NCBI GenBank assembly: GCA_963758525.1
Contig: CAVWVQ010000003.1
Span: 1,184,001-1,248,000 of the forward strand
Direction of reading: 5' to 3'
Length of the DNA stretch: 64,000 nucleotides
Origin: an uncultured Phycisphaerales bacterium
Lineage (GTDB): Bacteria > Planctomycetota > Phycisphaerae > Tepidisphaerales > Tepidisphaeraceae
A program made the translations under genes and the position numbers. Every line of letters starts with the position of its first letter. Position 1 is the stretch's first letter. The notes beneath the pieces are model-generated. The model saw only the letters and a list, made by a program, of their open reading frames with translations. It was not told the DNA's origin and ran no database searches. Of this stretch, positions 53,991 to 64,000 are shown one piece after another.

Positions 53991-55595
53991 CGGCGGCGGC
54001 CAGCGATCTGTCATCGCACGGGCGAACCGCGCGATCCGTTCCGGTCAGTCCCTGGCTCATCGCAATTGTCGTCTCGATGGCGACGTTCATGGAGGTGCTC
54101 GACACGAGCATCGCCAACGTCGCCCTGCCGCACATCGCCGGCGGACTCTCCGCCGGACAGGACGAATCCACCTGGGTGCTCACCAGTTACCTGGTTTCCA
54201 ATGCCATCGTGTTGCCCATCAGCGGCTGGCTCGCTTCCATCATCGGGCGCAAACGCTTCTACATGGGATGCGTCGCGCTTTTCACCGTCAGTTCGCTGCT
54301 CTGCGGCTTCGCGCCCAGCCTGGGAGCGTTGATCTTCTTTCGCGTCCTCCAGGGAATGGGAGGAGGCGGGCTCGCCCCCAGCGAGCAGGCAATCCTCAAT
54401 GACACCTTCGACGAAAGGCAGCGAGGAATGGCCTTTGCGCTCTATGGCGTCGCGATCGTCGTCGCGCCGGCCGTCGGTCCGACGCTGGGCGGATGGATCA
54501 CCGACAACTATTCCTGGCGATGGATTTTCTTCATCAACGTTCCCGTTGGACTCTTGTCCCTGTTTCTCTCCCATCTGCTGGTTCACGATCCGCCGGATCT
54601 GGTAAGGGCGCGGGAGAAGAGGGCGAAGCAGCCGTTGAACATCGACTTCGTCGGCTTTGCGCTGATCGCGCTCGGTCTTGGCAGCCTGCAGGTCGTTCTG
54701 GACAAAGGGCAGCGGGACGATTGGTTTGGCTCTCACTTCATCGTCTTTTTCTGCATCACCGGCGCCTTTGGAATCATCGTCGGCATCTTCTGGGAGCTCT
54801 ACCGGAAAGATCCGATCGTCGATCTGCCGCTCATGAAAGATCGGACATTTTTCGTCAGCAATCTCATCATGTTTATCGTGGGATTCGTTCTGTTCGGCAG
54901 CACCGTCCTCATTCCCCAGCTTGCCCAGGAACTGCTCGGATATACCGCAAAAGACGCAGGCCTGCTGATCACGCCGGGAGGGATCGCGGTGATGGCGCTG
55001 ATGCCGCTCGTAGGCTTCCTCACGTCGCGCGTCGCCGCCCGCTGGCTGATTCTGCTCGGGCTGGTGATCTCGGCGCTGTCACTCTATCACCTCAGCAAAC
55101 TCACCCTCGACGTGGACTACTGGACGCTCGCCCGCGCCCGCATCTACCAGGCGTCGGGCATCGCGTTTCTCTTCGTTCCGATCAACACCGCGGCTTATGC
55201 CGGCCTGGCGCAACAAGAGCAACAACGCTTCGGCCATTCTCAATCTCTTTCGCAACCTTGGTGGCAGCGTTGGCATTTCGGTCGTGACGACAACCCTCGC
55301 CCGGCGCGAGCAGGCGCATGATGTGTTTTTGGGAAGCCATCTCAATCCGTTCAATCCGCGCTTTGTTTCGGCGATGGCGAGCACCGTGCGGACGCTGGAG
55401 CAGCAGGGCATTCTCGCCGCGCAGGCGACACATCAGGCGCAAGGCGTGATCGTGCGATCGATGTATCGCCAGGCCGCGATGCTCTCGTACCTCGACGCGT
55501 TTCAACTGCTGGCGATCAGTGCCGTCTGCATGATTCCGTTTGTGTTCCTCTTGAAGAAAAACAAGCCGGGGAAGGGCGGGGGAGCGGCGCACTGA
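53987..55595 (+). CDS. DHA2 (EmrB/QacA) MFS efflux permease (frameshift near 55210)
   Basis: LDTSIANVAL, WVLTSYL, GPTLGGW, WRWIFFINVP, RNLGGSVG. Confidence 0.92.
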
Positions 55596-55779
55596 GCCGG
55601 ATGCGCGGAAGCCCGTGACGAAATCAGGAATCAGAATCAAATCGAAATTCAAATGACGAATGAGCGAGATGGCCGCAGCCGAGACGGCTGTGCTACATGA
55701 TTGCTTCACTCGTGTGCTGAGATGATCAAGTAGTGAATGCGCGAAAGTTCGGTTTCGATGCTCAATTCTCGCCCGGCCC

Positions 55780-56652
55780 CTACGTCTTGGCGATTGAACA
55801 TGCATCGGTTTCGACCGCGATCCGCTCCCGCAGCGCCTCGTGCAGTGACCGCGTGACTTCCCCGCATTGCCCCCCCGCCACTTTCAGGCCGTTCCAGGTT
55901 CCGACCCAGCTTACTTCACGCGTCGTGCTGGTGATGAATAATTCGTCGGCGGCGATTGCCTCTTTCTCTGGGAGTGGTCTTTCTTCAACTGGTATGCCGA
56001 GCGTTCGCGCGCAATCGAGCAGCACGGCACGTGTTATTCCCGGCAGGACGCGCGCTCCGACGGGATGGGTGACCAGCCGGTCTTCGATCACAGCGAAGAG
56101 ATTGCTCGCGGCACATTCGCTTACGATGCCGCGGTCGACGAAGACCGCTTCATCAGCGCCGGCCGCAATCGCGGCATTTTTTGCCAGCACATTGGGAAGC
56201 AGCGCGATCGATTTAATCCAGCAGCGATGCCATCGCTCGTCTGCGACGGCAAGCAGTCGCACGCCCTCACCCGTGCCAGGGGCGGGGACGGGCGGCAAGG
56301 GACGGGCGTAGAACAGGAGCGTGTGCTGAACGGCATCGGGGAAGACGTGATTCCGCGGCGCCTCGCCGCGGGTGAGCTGGAGATAGACCATACCATCGCT
56401 GACGGCGCTGGCGGCGATCAGCTTCTCAATTTCGCCGGCGAGCGCAGCCGGCGCGATCGGCAGTCCGAGCTGAATTCCCGCGGCAGACCGCTCCAGCCGA
56501 TTGAGGTGATCCATCTGTCCAAAGGCTTTGCCGTTATAGAGACGCAGGACTTCGTAGACGCCGTCGGCAAACTGGAAGCCGCGATCCTCGACGCCGAGGC
56601 GGGCTTCGGACATCGGGATGATTTCGCCATTGAGCCAGATGCAGTCGTTCAC
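55780..56652 (-). CDS. Class IV aminotransferase (D-amino-acid transaminase-like)
   Basis: EDRGFQFADGVYEV, IKSIALLPN, LPGITR. Confidence 0.88.
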   Translation of the reverse strand: MNDCIWLNGEIIPMSEARLGVEDRGFQFADGVYEVLRLYNGKAFGQMDHLNRLERSAAGIQLGLPIAPAALAGEIEKLIAASAVSDGMVYLQLTRGEAPRNHVFPDAVQHTLLFYARPLPPVPAPGTGEGVRLLAVADERWHRCWIKSIALLPNVLAKNAAIAAGADEAVFVDRGIVSECAASNLFAVIEDRLVTHPVGARVLPGITRAVLLDCARTLGIPVEERPLPEKEAIAADELFITSTTREVSWVGTWNGLKVAGGQCGEVTRSLHEALRERIAVETDACSIAKT

Positions 56653-56846
56653 GGTATCTCCTGCGTATGATTCCCTTATAATCGGCCGAGCGAGATGAAT
56701 TCCACTGAAACAATTTCAAAGTCGCACGGTGGGAACCGTCGAGCTGCTTGTTCTCACCTCCCGTGGCAAAATACACGGCATCAGGAAAGCAAGCCCCTAC
56801 CCCAGCCCTCCCCCGGAGTACCAGGGGAGGGGGAAAGCGGTGCCTG

Positions 56847-58094
56847 ATGTCGCAGGTGCCCGCGTGGGACGACTCATTGCTTCGCGATCCGCATGCCGTT
56901 GCCGACAAGCGCGGCCGGGTGCAGCGGATGTTCGCGGCCATCGCGCCAAGCTATGACCTCAACAATCGGCTGCACAGCCTGGGCATCGACCAACTCTGGC
57001 GGCGCAAAGCGGTGAAGCTGGCGCAAATCCGCCCCGGCAACGTGATTGTCGACGTCGCCTGCGGCACAGGGGATCTCACGCTTGCCTTCGAGGCAGCCCG
57101 GCAGCGCGTGGGCGGCACGGGCCGAGTATTCGGCATCGACTTCACCTTTGAAATGCTTCCGCCAGCGCGGCGGAAGGCGATTCGCGCGGGCGGCGGCGAT
57201 GGCAAGCCTGGCGAATCTTCCATCCCCTCGCCTGGTACTCGGGGGGACGGGAAGGCAGGAGCACTGGCTGCCGAAGGTCGCTCGAGCGCGATAGATGGCC
57301 TGCAAACCGCGCCGCCCCCACCCCGGCCCTCCCCCGGAGTACCAGGGGAGGGGGAAAGATACACTTCGGAAGTTGCGGCGAGCGCCGATGGTAATCGAGG
57401 GGAAGGCCGGGAAGTCCTTGGGCAAAGCTCTGGCTCTGCTCCGGCGCGCGGGCGATAAGCGAGATCTCGATTCTTTTGATCTTCGGACCACGCAAGCTTC
57501 TGCTCCGGCCCGCGCGGGCGATAAGCGAGATCTCAATTCTTTTGGTCTTCGGCCCAGACAAGCTTCAGCTCCGGCGGCGCGGACGATAAGCGAGGGGAGG
57601 TCAGAGAGGCCCGGGAAAGCGACGGCCCAAAAACTCTGGCGAACATGTCGCAGACTTCCGCCGCAGGCTCGCCCGCATTTGCCGTGGGGGACGCGCAGTC
57701 GCTGCCGCTGCCGGATGCGTGCGCGGATGTGGTATCCATCGCATTTGGCATTCGCAATGTCGCCGATATCGCGGCCGCGATGGCGGAGTTTCGCCGCGTG
57801 CTGCGACCGGGGGGGCGGCTGATTGTTCTTGAGTTTTCGCTGCCGACAAATCCAGTGCTGCGCGGCCTGTACAATTTTTATTTCCGCAAGATTCTTCCCT
57901 GCACGGCGACGCTGATCAGCGGCGACAAGACCGGCGCGTACAAGTATCTGCCGGAATCAGTCAACACGTTCATCGGGCGGGAGCAGATGATCACGATGAT
58001 GCAAGCCGCTGGTTTTGAGAGAGCCGAGCAGTTCGCCATGACGTTCGGCGTTTGCATTTGCTACCGAGGCGTCGTGGGCGGGGGCGACGTTTGA
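56847..58094 (+). CDS. ubiE: UbiE/MenG methyltransferase with a ~480-bp internal repeat-derived insert
   Basis: MFAAIAPSYDLNN, DVACGTGD, then GDAQSLP, FGIRNV, LRPGG, AYKYLPES. Both halves are in the same frame. Confidence 0.85.
57438..57595. repeat. Tandem repeat with a 64-66 bp period inside ubiE
   Basis: GCTCCGGC..GATAAGCGAG at 57438, 57502 and 57568. Confidence 0.8.
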
Positions 58095-58097
58095 TCG

Positions 58098-58175
58098 GTC
58101 TGATTTGAAATTTGAAATTTGAAATTTGAAATTTTCAGATTTCAGATTTCAGACCTCCTCAGATTTAAAATTCAG
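58098..58175. repeat. 7-mer TTTGAAA/TTTCAGA tandem array (family D)
   Basis: (TTTGAAA)x4 then (TTTCAGA)x3 between convergent genes. Confidence 0.8.
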
Positions 58176-59413
58176 TCTCCGGAATCCTCCCATCGGCCGA
58201 CCAGCGTCTGCGAGCCATCTTCTGCCTGATACTCACCGGCAATTTTCAGATGAGGGCTAGCGTAGATGTCCTGCGCCATTGCCGCAAAGGTGGATCGTGC
58301 CGGGTCCGGCGGATGCCGATCCGGCTCGGCCTCGATTGCCGCGCTAACAAAGGCAATGGCCAATCGCGGCTCCAGATGAAATCGGAATGCAATCGGCTGA
58401 TCGTCACCGGTGCAGACGAGCCGCATCCGTGTCTGCGCGAGTTGCGAATGGGTGAAAAAGATCGGATGCACCAGGCCGCTTGCCGAAAACGTCGTGTCGA
58501 GCGCGACTGGCGAAGAGAGCCAGGTCCACTGGTCTTGCTGCGTAAGGGAAGAGGAATTGATGACCACTCGAGCGGCCAGCGTGCTGAGCGGCGTCTGCCG
58601 GCTTTGCCAGAGGAGCCAGAGCATTGATGCGACGACCGCCACCGCGCCGACGCCAAGCAGGCCGCCACGCGATCGCAGCAGGGACGCGCCAACCATCAAC
58701 GCCGCGACGATCAGGCCTGCAAACAGTGCCCGTCGGCGAACGGCAAATGGCAGGCCGCGCTCCCAGCCATAGGTCGGGCCATACGCGGCGGGCGCGATCA
58801 GCGCTTCGGGACCGATGCGATCGTGCGCGACAACCCAATACTCTCCGGCGCGCTTCCAAGGCCACGCTCCGCCGGGACGGCGCTGCGAGCGGATCGCCAC
58901 GATCGTTCCCCCAGCGAGAAGCGTCCGCAGTTGCCGCTCATTCACCCGCGCGGCGGCGTTCTCGTCGAGCAGCACGCCGTCGAGCGCTTCCCAGGCGCAG
59001 GGCGGCCCCGGCAGCGGATTGGCCGCATCCAAATGCACCGCCACAATGTCCAATCCCGGGAAAAAAGCATTCGCGTCCCCCACGTCAACGCCTGCCAGTG
59101 CCACCAGGCGTTGCGTGTCGCCAAGCGGCTCAAGATGAACGGGAAGCAGATGGACGCCGGCATCGGTCCAGCCGACGTTCTGCAATCGCCCGGAGATCGC
59201 CAGCCAGGGAACCGTGGCGTCGATGCCGCCGGAGTTTGTCGAGATGGCCGTGGGCAATGCGCCATCGCCGGTGATCGCGACCTCTCGGGAAGTGATCCCG
59301 CTGCCGACCACGTGAACCGGGATGTAGCGTCCCGGACGATAGTGATCTTCCAGCGGAAAGGTGACTGCGACATCCCCGGACGCCCAAGAGGGAATGAGCA
59401 GGCCGAGCAGCAT
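58172..59413 (-). CDS. Hypothetical exported/membrane protein (start uncertain)
   Basis: Signal-like LLGLLIPSWASG, YRPGRYIPV, two internal TMs. The upstream ORF extension is repeat-derived. Confidence 0.6.
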   Translation of the reverse strand: MLLGLLIPSWASGDVAVTFPLEDHYRPGRYIPVHVVGSGITSREVAITGDGALPTAISTNSGGIDATVPWLAISGRLQNVGWTDAGVHLLPVHLEPLGDTQRLVALAGVDVGDANAFFPGLDIVAVHLDAANPLPGPPCAWEALDGVLLDENAAARVNERQLRTLLAGGTIVAIRSQRRPGGAWPWKRAGEYWVVAHDRIGPEALIAPAAYGPTYGWERGLPFAVRRRALFAGLIVAALMVGASLLRSRGGLLGVGAVAVVASMLWLLWQSRQTPLSTLAARVVINSSSLTQQDQWTWLSSPVALDTTFSASGLVHPIFFTHSQLAQTRMRLVCTGDDQPIAFRFHLEPRLAIAFVSAAIEAEPDRHPPDPARSTFAAMAQDIYASPHLKIAGEYQAEDGSQTLVGRWEDSGD

Positions 59414-59464
59414 GCAGAGCGCAGCCGTTGTCGAAAGTGCGCCCGATGCCGACGCCCGCTTGCC

Positions 59465-59578
59465 CCCTCTCCCGGTACTCCGGAAGAGGGTCGGGGTGAG
59501 GGTGCTTTGGAGCACCAACAGCCTACGACGCTCCAAATCACCCTCACCCCAACCCTCTCCCGGGGTGCCGGGAGAGGG
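59465..59578. repeat. Family A inverted doublet
   Basis: CCCTCTCCCGGTACTCCGGAAGAGGG...CCCTCACCCCAACCCTCTCCCGGGGTGCCGGGAGAGGG. Confidence 0.85.
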
Positions 59579-59598
59579 GGTCGCGCGCCCGCGTCGCG

Positions 59599-60195
59599 GT
59601 AGGGCGGGATTCATCCCGCCACGGCTTTCGGCACCGCGAAACATCGGCGGGATGAATCCCGCCCTACATTCTGACCACTGCGGACCGGCTTGTCCGTTCA
59701 CGTCTTCACGTCTCACGTTTCAGTATCTTCCCGTCACGTTCCAATCACCCATTTTCTCTCACATCGCGATCTCCGGGGTATCGGGAGAGGGCGTCGCGCC
59801 CCGCGTCGCGGTAGGGCGGGATTCATCCCGCCACGGTTTGCGGCACCGCGAAACATCGGCGGGATGAATCCCGCCCTACATTCTCAGCGCCGCGGACCGG
59901 CTTGTCCGTTCTCGTCTTCACGTCTCACGTTTCAGTATCTTCCCGTCACGTTCCAATCACCCGTTCCCTCTCACATCACGATCTCCGGGGATGCCGCGAG
60001 AGCGAGTTGCACCCTGCCGCTCTGTAGGGCGGGATTCATCCCGCCGCGGCTTTCGGCACCGCGAAACATCGGCGGGATGAATCCCGCCCTACATTCTGAC
60101 CACTGCGCACCGGCCTGTCCGTTCACGTCTTCACGTTTCACGTTTTCAGCATCTTCCCGTCACGTTCCAATCACCAATCACCCGTCCCCCTCTCA
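59599..60195. repeat. Three tandem ~212-bp composite units (family F REP doublet plus family G)
   Basis: GTAG REPs at 59599, 59811 and 60024. Confidence 0.9.
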
Positions 60196-62130
60196 CATCC
60201 CGATCTGCACTGCAATCCGCAGCACCTCGGCGACGCTCCACGCTTGCGCGGGGCACCCTTTGGGCAGGTGCGGCGGGTTTCCTTCGCAGATTTCGGGAAT
60301 CTGTCCGATGCTGAACTGCTGCATTTGATCGAGCAACGGCCGAAGCCATTGCTTGGCCTGCTCGACGGCGCTGCCGGAGCTTTTATTGACGCGAAGATAC
60401 GCCGAGAGAAACGGCCCGATGAGCCAGGGCCAGACGGTGCCGTTGTGATATGCCGAGTCGCGGTCCCACATTGAGCCGCCGTACCAGCCACGGAAGCCGG
60501 GATCGCTGGCGGCAAGCGTTCGCAACCCCATCGGCGTCAGCAATTCGCGCCGAACCACCTCGACGACAGCGGATTGCTGCTCATCGGTCAACGGGCTGTT
60601 GGGAAGACTGGCGGCGAAGATCTGGTTGGGCCGAATTGCGGCGTCACGACGATCGCCATCCACCACGTCGTATAAGCCGCGGACCTGACTGATATAGAAC
60701 GCCTTGCGGAAGCTGTCGCGGACACGATCGGCCAGCTCCTTTTGCTGCATCAGCATCAGCGCGTGATACCACAAGGCGTTGATCTCGACGGCTTTTCCCT
60801 GCCGCGGCGTGAACGCCGTGCCGTCGCACTTGGCGTCCATCCAGGTGAGCTGCGTCTGCTGATCCCCCTGAGTGATCAGCCCGTCGGCCGGGTCCATCGC
60901 GATGTGGTAGCGCGTTCCCTTTCGATACCCGTCGAGAATCGCCTGGCAGGCGGGACGCAGTTTCTGGTCGAACGTCGCGGCATCTTTTGTGAGGCGAAGG
61001 TATTCAAATGCCGCGTGAATAAACCAGAGGCTCGCGTCAACCGTGTTGTAGCTCGGCTCGTTGGTGTAGTCGTCGAAGCGATTGGGGATCATCCCCTCGC
61101 TGACGTACTCGGCGAAAACCGTGAGCACCTGCCGGGCCTGATCAAACCGTCCGGTCGTCAGCAGAAGTCCCGGCAGCGAAATCATCGTGTCGCGCCCCCA
61201 GTCCGCAAACCACGGATAGCCGGCCTCGATGGTCGTTCCGTCTGATCCATTGGGAGCTTTTCGATAGACGATGAAATCGTTTGCTGCGCGGGATAAGCGA
61301 CGCTGATCGATCGATCCCTCCGGCGCCTTTCCCGCGGCTGCGATCGCCGTCCGGCGCCGCTTCAGTTCCCCGTCCCAATTCAGCGGCTCCATTGCTTCCA
61401 TCGACAGCCACAGCGTGATCGAGAACGGCCCATCTCCCTCGACGACAAAGCGGCCGGGCGTGAACAAATCTTCAAAGGGTTCCAGCCCGCGATCGGCTTC
61501 CACCTGGTAGAAGTGGCCATACCACCAGTCGCCGGCCTGCTCGAATGTTCCGCTGTCGGCGGTGATGTGGGCGCTGTTCGGATTACCGGGATTTCGGACG
61601 ACCGCCGCGCGCTGGCTGCTCTCGATGTTGAACTGCGTGCCGTTGGCCTTGCGCTCGGAGTGAAAGTCGCGCAGGCTCACGAACGGCTGGAGCGCGAGCT
61701 TGACGTGCCGCTTGGCGCCGGGATCGACGCGGTAACGCACGCCGGCAATGTTTTTCATCCAGACCAGCTGCAGCTCTTTGACGATGCGGACGCCTTGCAC
61801 CTCGTATTCCCAGGATGCGACGTCATCCAGCCCGAAGCGGCGCAGCAATTGGTCGCCGCGCGGGTGAAACAGATCGCGGAATTGGACGACCGACAGTTCG
61901 TTCATCCGCGTCTGGTCACCGTCGAGATAGACAAGTTCGCCGATGCGGTTGACGACCATGATGCGTCCCACGGGCGGCGTCGTCGCCGCGCAGAGCAGGC
62001 CGTGATATCGGCGCGAGTTGCATCCGACGACGCTCGAGGCCGCAAATGCGCCAAGCCCGTTGGTCAGCAGCCATTCCTGCGAGCGATAGGGATCGAGCAG
62101 GCCGTGGGTATCGATGGAGAAAAGCGGCAT
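60193..62130 (-). CDS. Amylo-alpha-1,6-glucosidase (glycogen debranching enzyme)
   Basis: EWLLTNGLG, RRYHGLL, AGYPWFADWGRD, TWMDAK, YHNGTVWPW, AQAWSVAE. Confidence 0.93.
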   Translation of the reverse strand: MPLFSIDTHGLLDPYRSQEWLLTNGLGAFAASSVVGCNSRRYHGLLCAATTPPVGRIMVVNRIGELVYLDGDQTRMNELSVVQFRDLFHPRGDQLLRRFGLDDVASWEYEVQGVRIVKELQLVWMKNIAGVRYRVDPGAKRHVKLALQPFVSLRDFHSERKANGTQFNIESSQRAAVVRNPGNPNSAHITADSGTFEQAGDWWYGHFYQVEADRGLEPFEDLFTPGRFVVEGDGPFSITLWLSMEAMEPLNWDGELKRRRTAIAAAGKAPEGSIDQRRLSRAANDFIVYRKAPNGSDGTTIEAGYPWFADWGRDTMISLPGLLLTTGRFDQARQVLTVFAEYVSEGMIPNRFDDYTNEPSYNTVDASLWFIHAAFEYLRLTKDAATFDQKLRPACQAILDGYRKGTRYHIAMDPADGLITQGDQQTQLTWMDAKCDGTAFTPRQGKAVEINALWYHALMLMQQKELADRVRDSFRKAFYISQVRGLYDVVDGDRRDAAIRPNQIFAASLPNSPLTDEQQSAVVEVVRRELLTPMGLRTLAASDPGFRGWYGGSMWDRDSAYHNGTVWPWLIGPFLSAYLRVNKSSGSAVEQAKQWLRPLLDQMQQFSIGQIPEICEGNPPHLPKGCPAQAWSVAEVLRIAVQIGM

Positions 62131-62413
62131 GGGAGGAAGTGTAGTCGCTCCGCGGGCAAGCATCACCTGTTGCGCCGATTCTGGTGGCGGATCTGACCCG
62201 ATGCCTCCCCCACGATGCGCGACGATACGAAGCGGCCACCGGTGGCCCACGGCGAAAAAAGGGCGGATTGTTCGGAAACGAGGATCGTGAGCAAATGCGA
62301 GAGGCGGTGCCACCGCTCGCCGCCTGCCGCGCCAACCCTCTGCTGCGCCACCCTCTGCCTGACAGCGCGCCGCTGAAGCCGTAAGATTGGACTGGTTGCG
62401 GTACGGAGTTCGG

Positions 62414-62704
62414 ATGCGTCAAGTGCAAATCGACGATCAGGTGTTCGAAGCAGCCCAACGCCGCGCGGCGGATGGGGGATATGCCAGCGTCGAGGCGTAC
62501 ATCAACGATGTTGTGGTTCACGATCTCACGGATGACAACCAGGGAACTCCAAACCTCAATCATCTCTTCACGCCAGAGGTAATTGCCGAGCTCGAACTTG
62601 TTTCCGCCAAGGCGAAGGCCGGTGGCAAAACGTATACTTCTGAGGAAATTCGTGAACACTTCCGTGGGAAATCAGAAGCCTGGCGCCGAAATCACTCAGG
62701 ATGA
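62414..62704 (+). CDS. Putative antitoxin (RHH-like)
   Basis: Small acidic protein; ATGA overlap with the ParE-like gene. Confidence 0.6.
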   Translation: MRQVQIDDQVFEAAQRRAADGGYASVEAYINDVVVHDLTDDNQGTPNLNHLFTPEVIAELELVSAKAKAGGKTYTSEEIREHFRGKSEAWRRNHSG

Positions 62705-63008
62705 TCGTCGACTACACCCCTGAGGCATTGGTCGATCTCGATGTGATCTGGGGATGGAATACGGCAACATTCACGCAGACGCTTACGTGGAATTTCTGCG
62801 AAGAGAAACCGATCGCTTGGATGCCGAACACGCTCGCGGAAGGACGCTGCCTGCGGGATCGTTTCAGTATCGGATGATTCGAAGGAAAAAGAACGGGCAC
62901 GGCCATGTCGTAATTTATGAAGTGGACGGAGTTGTAATCCGAATCCTTCGCTATTTTCATACCGCGCAGGATTGGCGGAGCAAACTCGCCGCTGAACCAA
63001 ATGGCTGA
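62701..63008 (+). pseudogene. RelE/ParE family toxin, frameshifted near 62760
   Basis: MIVDYTPEALVDLDVIW, then in another frame HADAY...HVVIYEV...ILRYFHTAQDW. Confidence 0.7.
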
Positions 63009-63056
63009 GTAAAAAATCTCGTCTTGCCCTTTGCCTTGACGGTTGATTGACCGGCT

Positions 63057-63446
63057 TCATCGTCCCCAGAAATCGATCACCATCACATCCGCCATCACCG
63101 GGCCAAGAACTCCGCCGAATGCTTTGTGCGCGGGATGCACGAGATAGGCGTCCCTGTCGTTTTCGCTGCCGAAGGTCAGCACGAAACACTGCGAGAAGCC
63201 GTTGGAATGCTTTTCCGGGCTCACATTATCGCCCCAGGTCAGCGAGAGAACGCCGGGAATCTTTTCCTTCAGGGCGGCAAAGGCGGTATCGACCGCCGCG
63301 ATTTGCTCCTTCGTCGCGGAGTCTTTGAACTTGAGAGTGACGACGTGATACAGCGTCCCTTTATTTGCCGCCGGTTGATCGTCGGCTGCGAGCGCCATGG
63401 AGCTGAACAGCGCGAGGCCGATCGCGAGCGTGGTTGCGTGTGTCAT
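63057..63446 (-). CDS. Exported Dabb (stress-responsive A/B barrel) protein
   Basis: Signal peptide; HVVTLKFK, IPGV, YLVHPAH, VIDF. Confidence 0.88.
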   Translation of the reverse strand: MTHATTLAIGLALFSSMALAADDQPAANKGTLYHVVTLKFKDSATKEQIAAVDTAFAALKEKIPGVLSLTWGDNVSPEKHSNGFSQCFVLTFGSENDRDAYLVHPAHKAFGGVLGPVMADVMVIDFWGR

Positions 63447-64000
63447 GGGAGGTTCCCTTCAGTAGTTGCGGCAATTGTAGTGCAAGGGCATTGAGATACG
63501 AAGACGTGTTGCGGCGGGGAGAGGCATTTGCGCGGCGATGCTGATCGGGAGCTTCTGCGAGTCTTTAAGAAATGTGTTCCGCGACAACGCGAAGCGGCTC
63601 CCACGGTCCGTCGGCGAGGCGGCGCGATTCGCGCGAGGGGCGTAATCCCTGTTGCCATCGAATGATGACACACCGCGTCCGCCGGGGACTTTGGTCGCCG
63701 CTCCGCGTCGTCGCGGACCGTGGACAGCCGGTTGCCCTTCGTGCGCCAAACCCGTCGCATGTTGACCACGCATACGAATAAAGCGGGCGTTCTCCAAGGA
63801 ATGCAATCCGTTGGCGTTCTGAATGTGACAGCCCGTGCAGGCCGTATTCTTGCGCCACCTTCCCTCATAATCCGGTGGGACGCGGTGCGGATCGCAAAAA
63901 AAGAGGATGAAACTCCGCGGGCGCGGTAAACTTGCGACCCTGTACCGAGCCGGGCGGGCTCGGTGAAGAGTGTCGGCGGACCTGTCGGAGGAATTAAATC

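Noticed and set aside
937..55595. Frameshifts in alpha-2-macroglobulin, pbpC, lpxB, pilB, VWA, PEGA, glpK and emrB read as programmed frameshifting or mass pseudogenisation
   Set aside because: They are isolated small indels in otherwise intact, partly essential genes with no shared slippery motif. Long-read consensus error is the simpler explanation.
59599..60195. Possible CRISPR array
   Set aside because: The intervening sequences are near-identical, the repeats are inverted REP pairs, and there are no cas genes.
59413..60328. ORFs and N-terminal extensions translated from repeats (also 21161-21320, 39313-39462 and 43974-44081)
   Set aside because: The peptides are repeat translations, and better starts exist downstream.
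1..64000. tRNA, rRNA, integrase or classical IS transposase
   Set aside because: None recognised by eye; a covariance-model scan could not be run.

Overview
GC-rich bacterial window, probably Planctomycetota (Phycisphaerae/Tepidisphaerales). The taxonomy is inferred from a CxxCGYDLRATPDRCPECG protein, PEP-CTERM proteins and recurring TQP motifs. About a dozen genes carry small frameshifts, which suggests an unpolished long-read assembly. The left part holds a zeta-toxin pair, an alpha-2-macroglobulin/pbpC operon, lpxB, a sigma54 activator with a REC protein and two PEP-CTERM genes, and a Flp pilin. The centre is a 19-kb type IV pilus/T2SS-like operon (two PilB/GspE ATPases, PilT, PilC, six prepilins and a giant PilX/GspK-like subunit) transcribed divergently from comEC. 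The right part holds a GnnA-like oxidoreductase, hslVU, glpK, an emrAB-like pump, a D-amino-acid aminotransferase, ubiE, a glycogen debranching enzyme and a ParDE-like pair. The most striking signal is a set of at least eight families of short palindromic or tandem repeats. A DUF559 endonuclease gene bounded by 40-bp inverted repeats is fused in frame into the cleavable leader of a prepilin, and short doublets of the same repeat sit in frame in pbpC and ubiE. Three other prepilin leaders carry in-frame repeats from other families, suggesting that cleaved prepilin leaders act as safe havens for selfish DNA.
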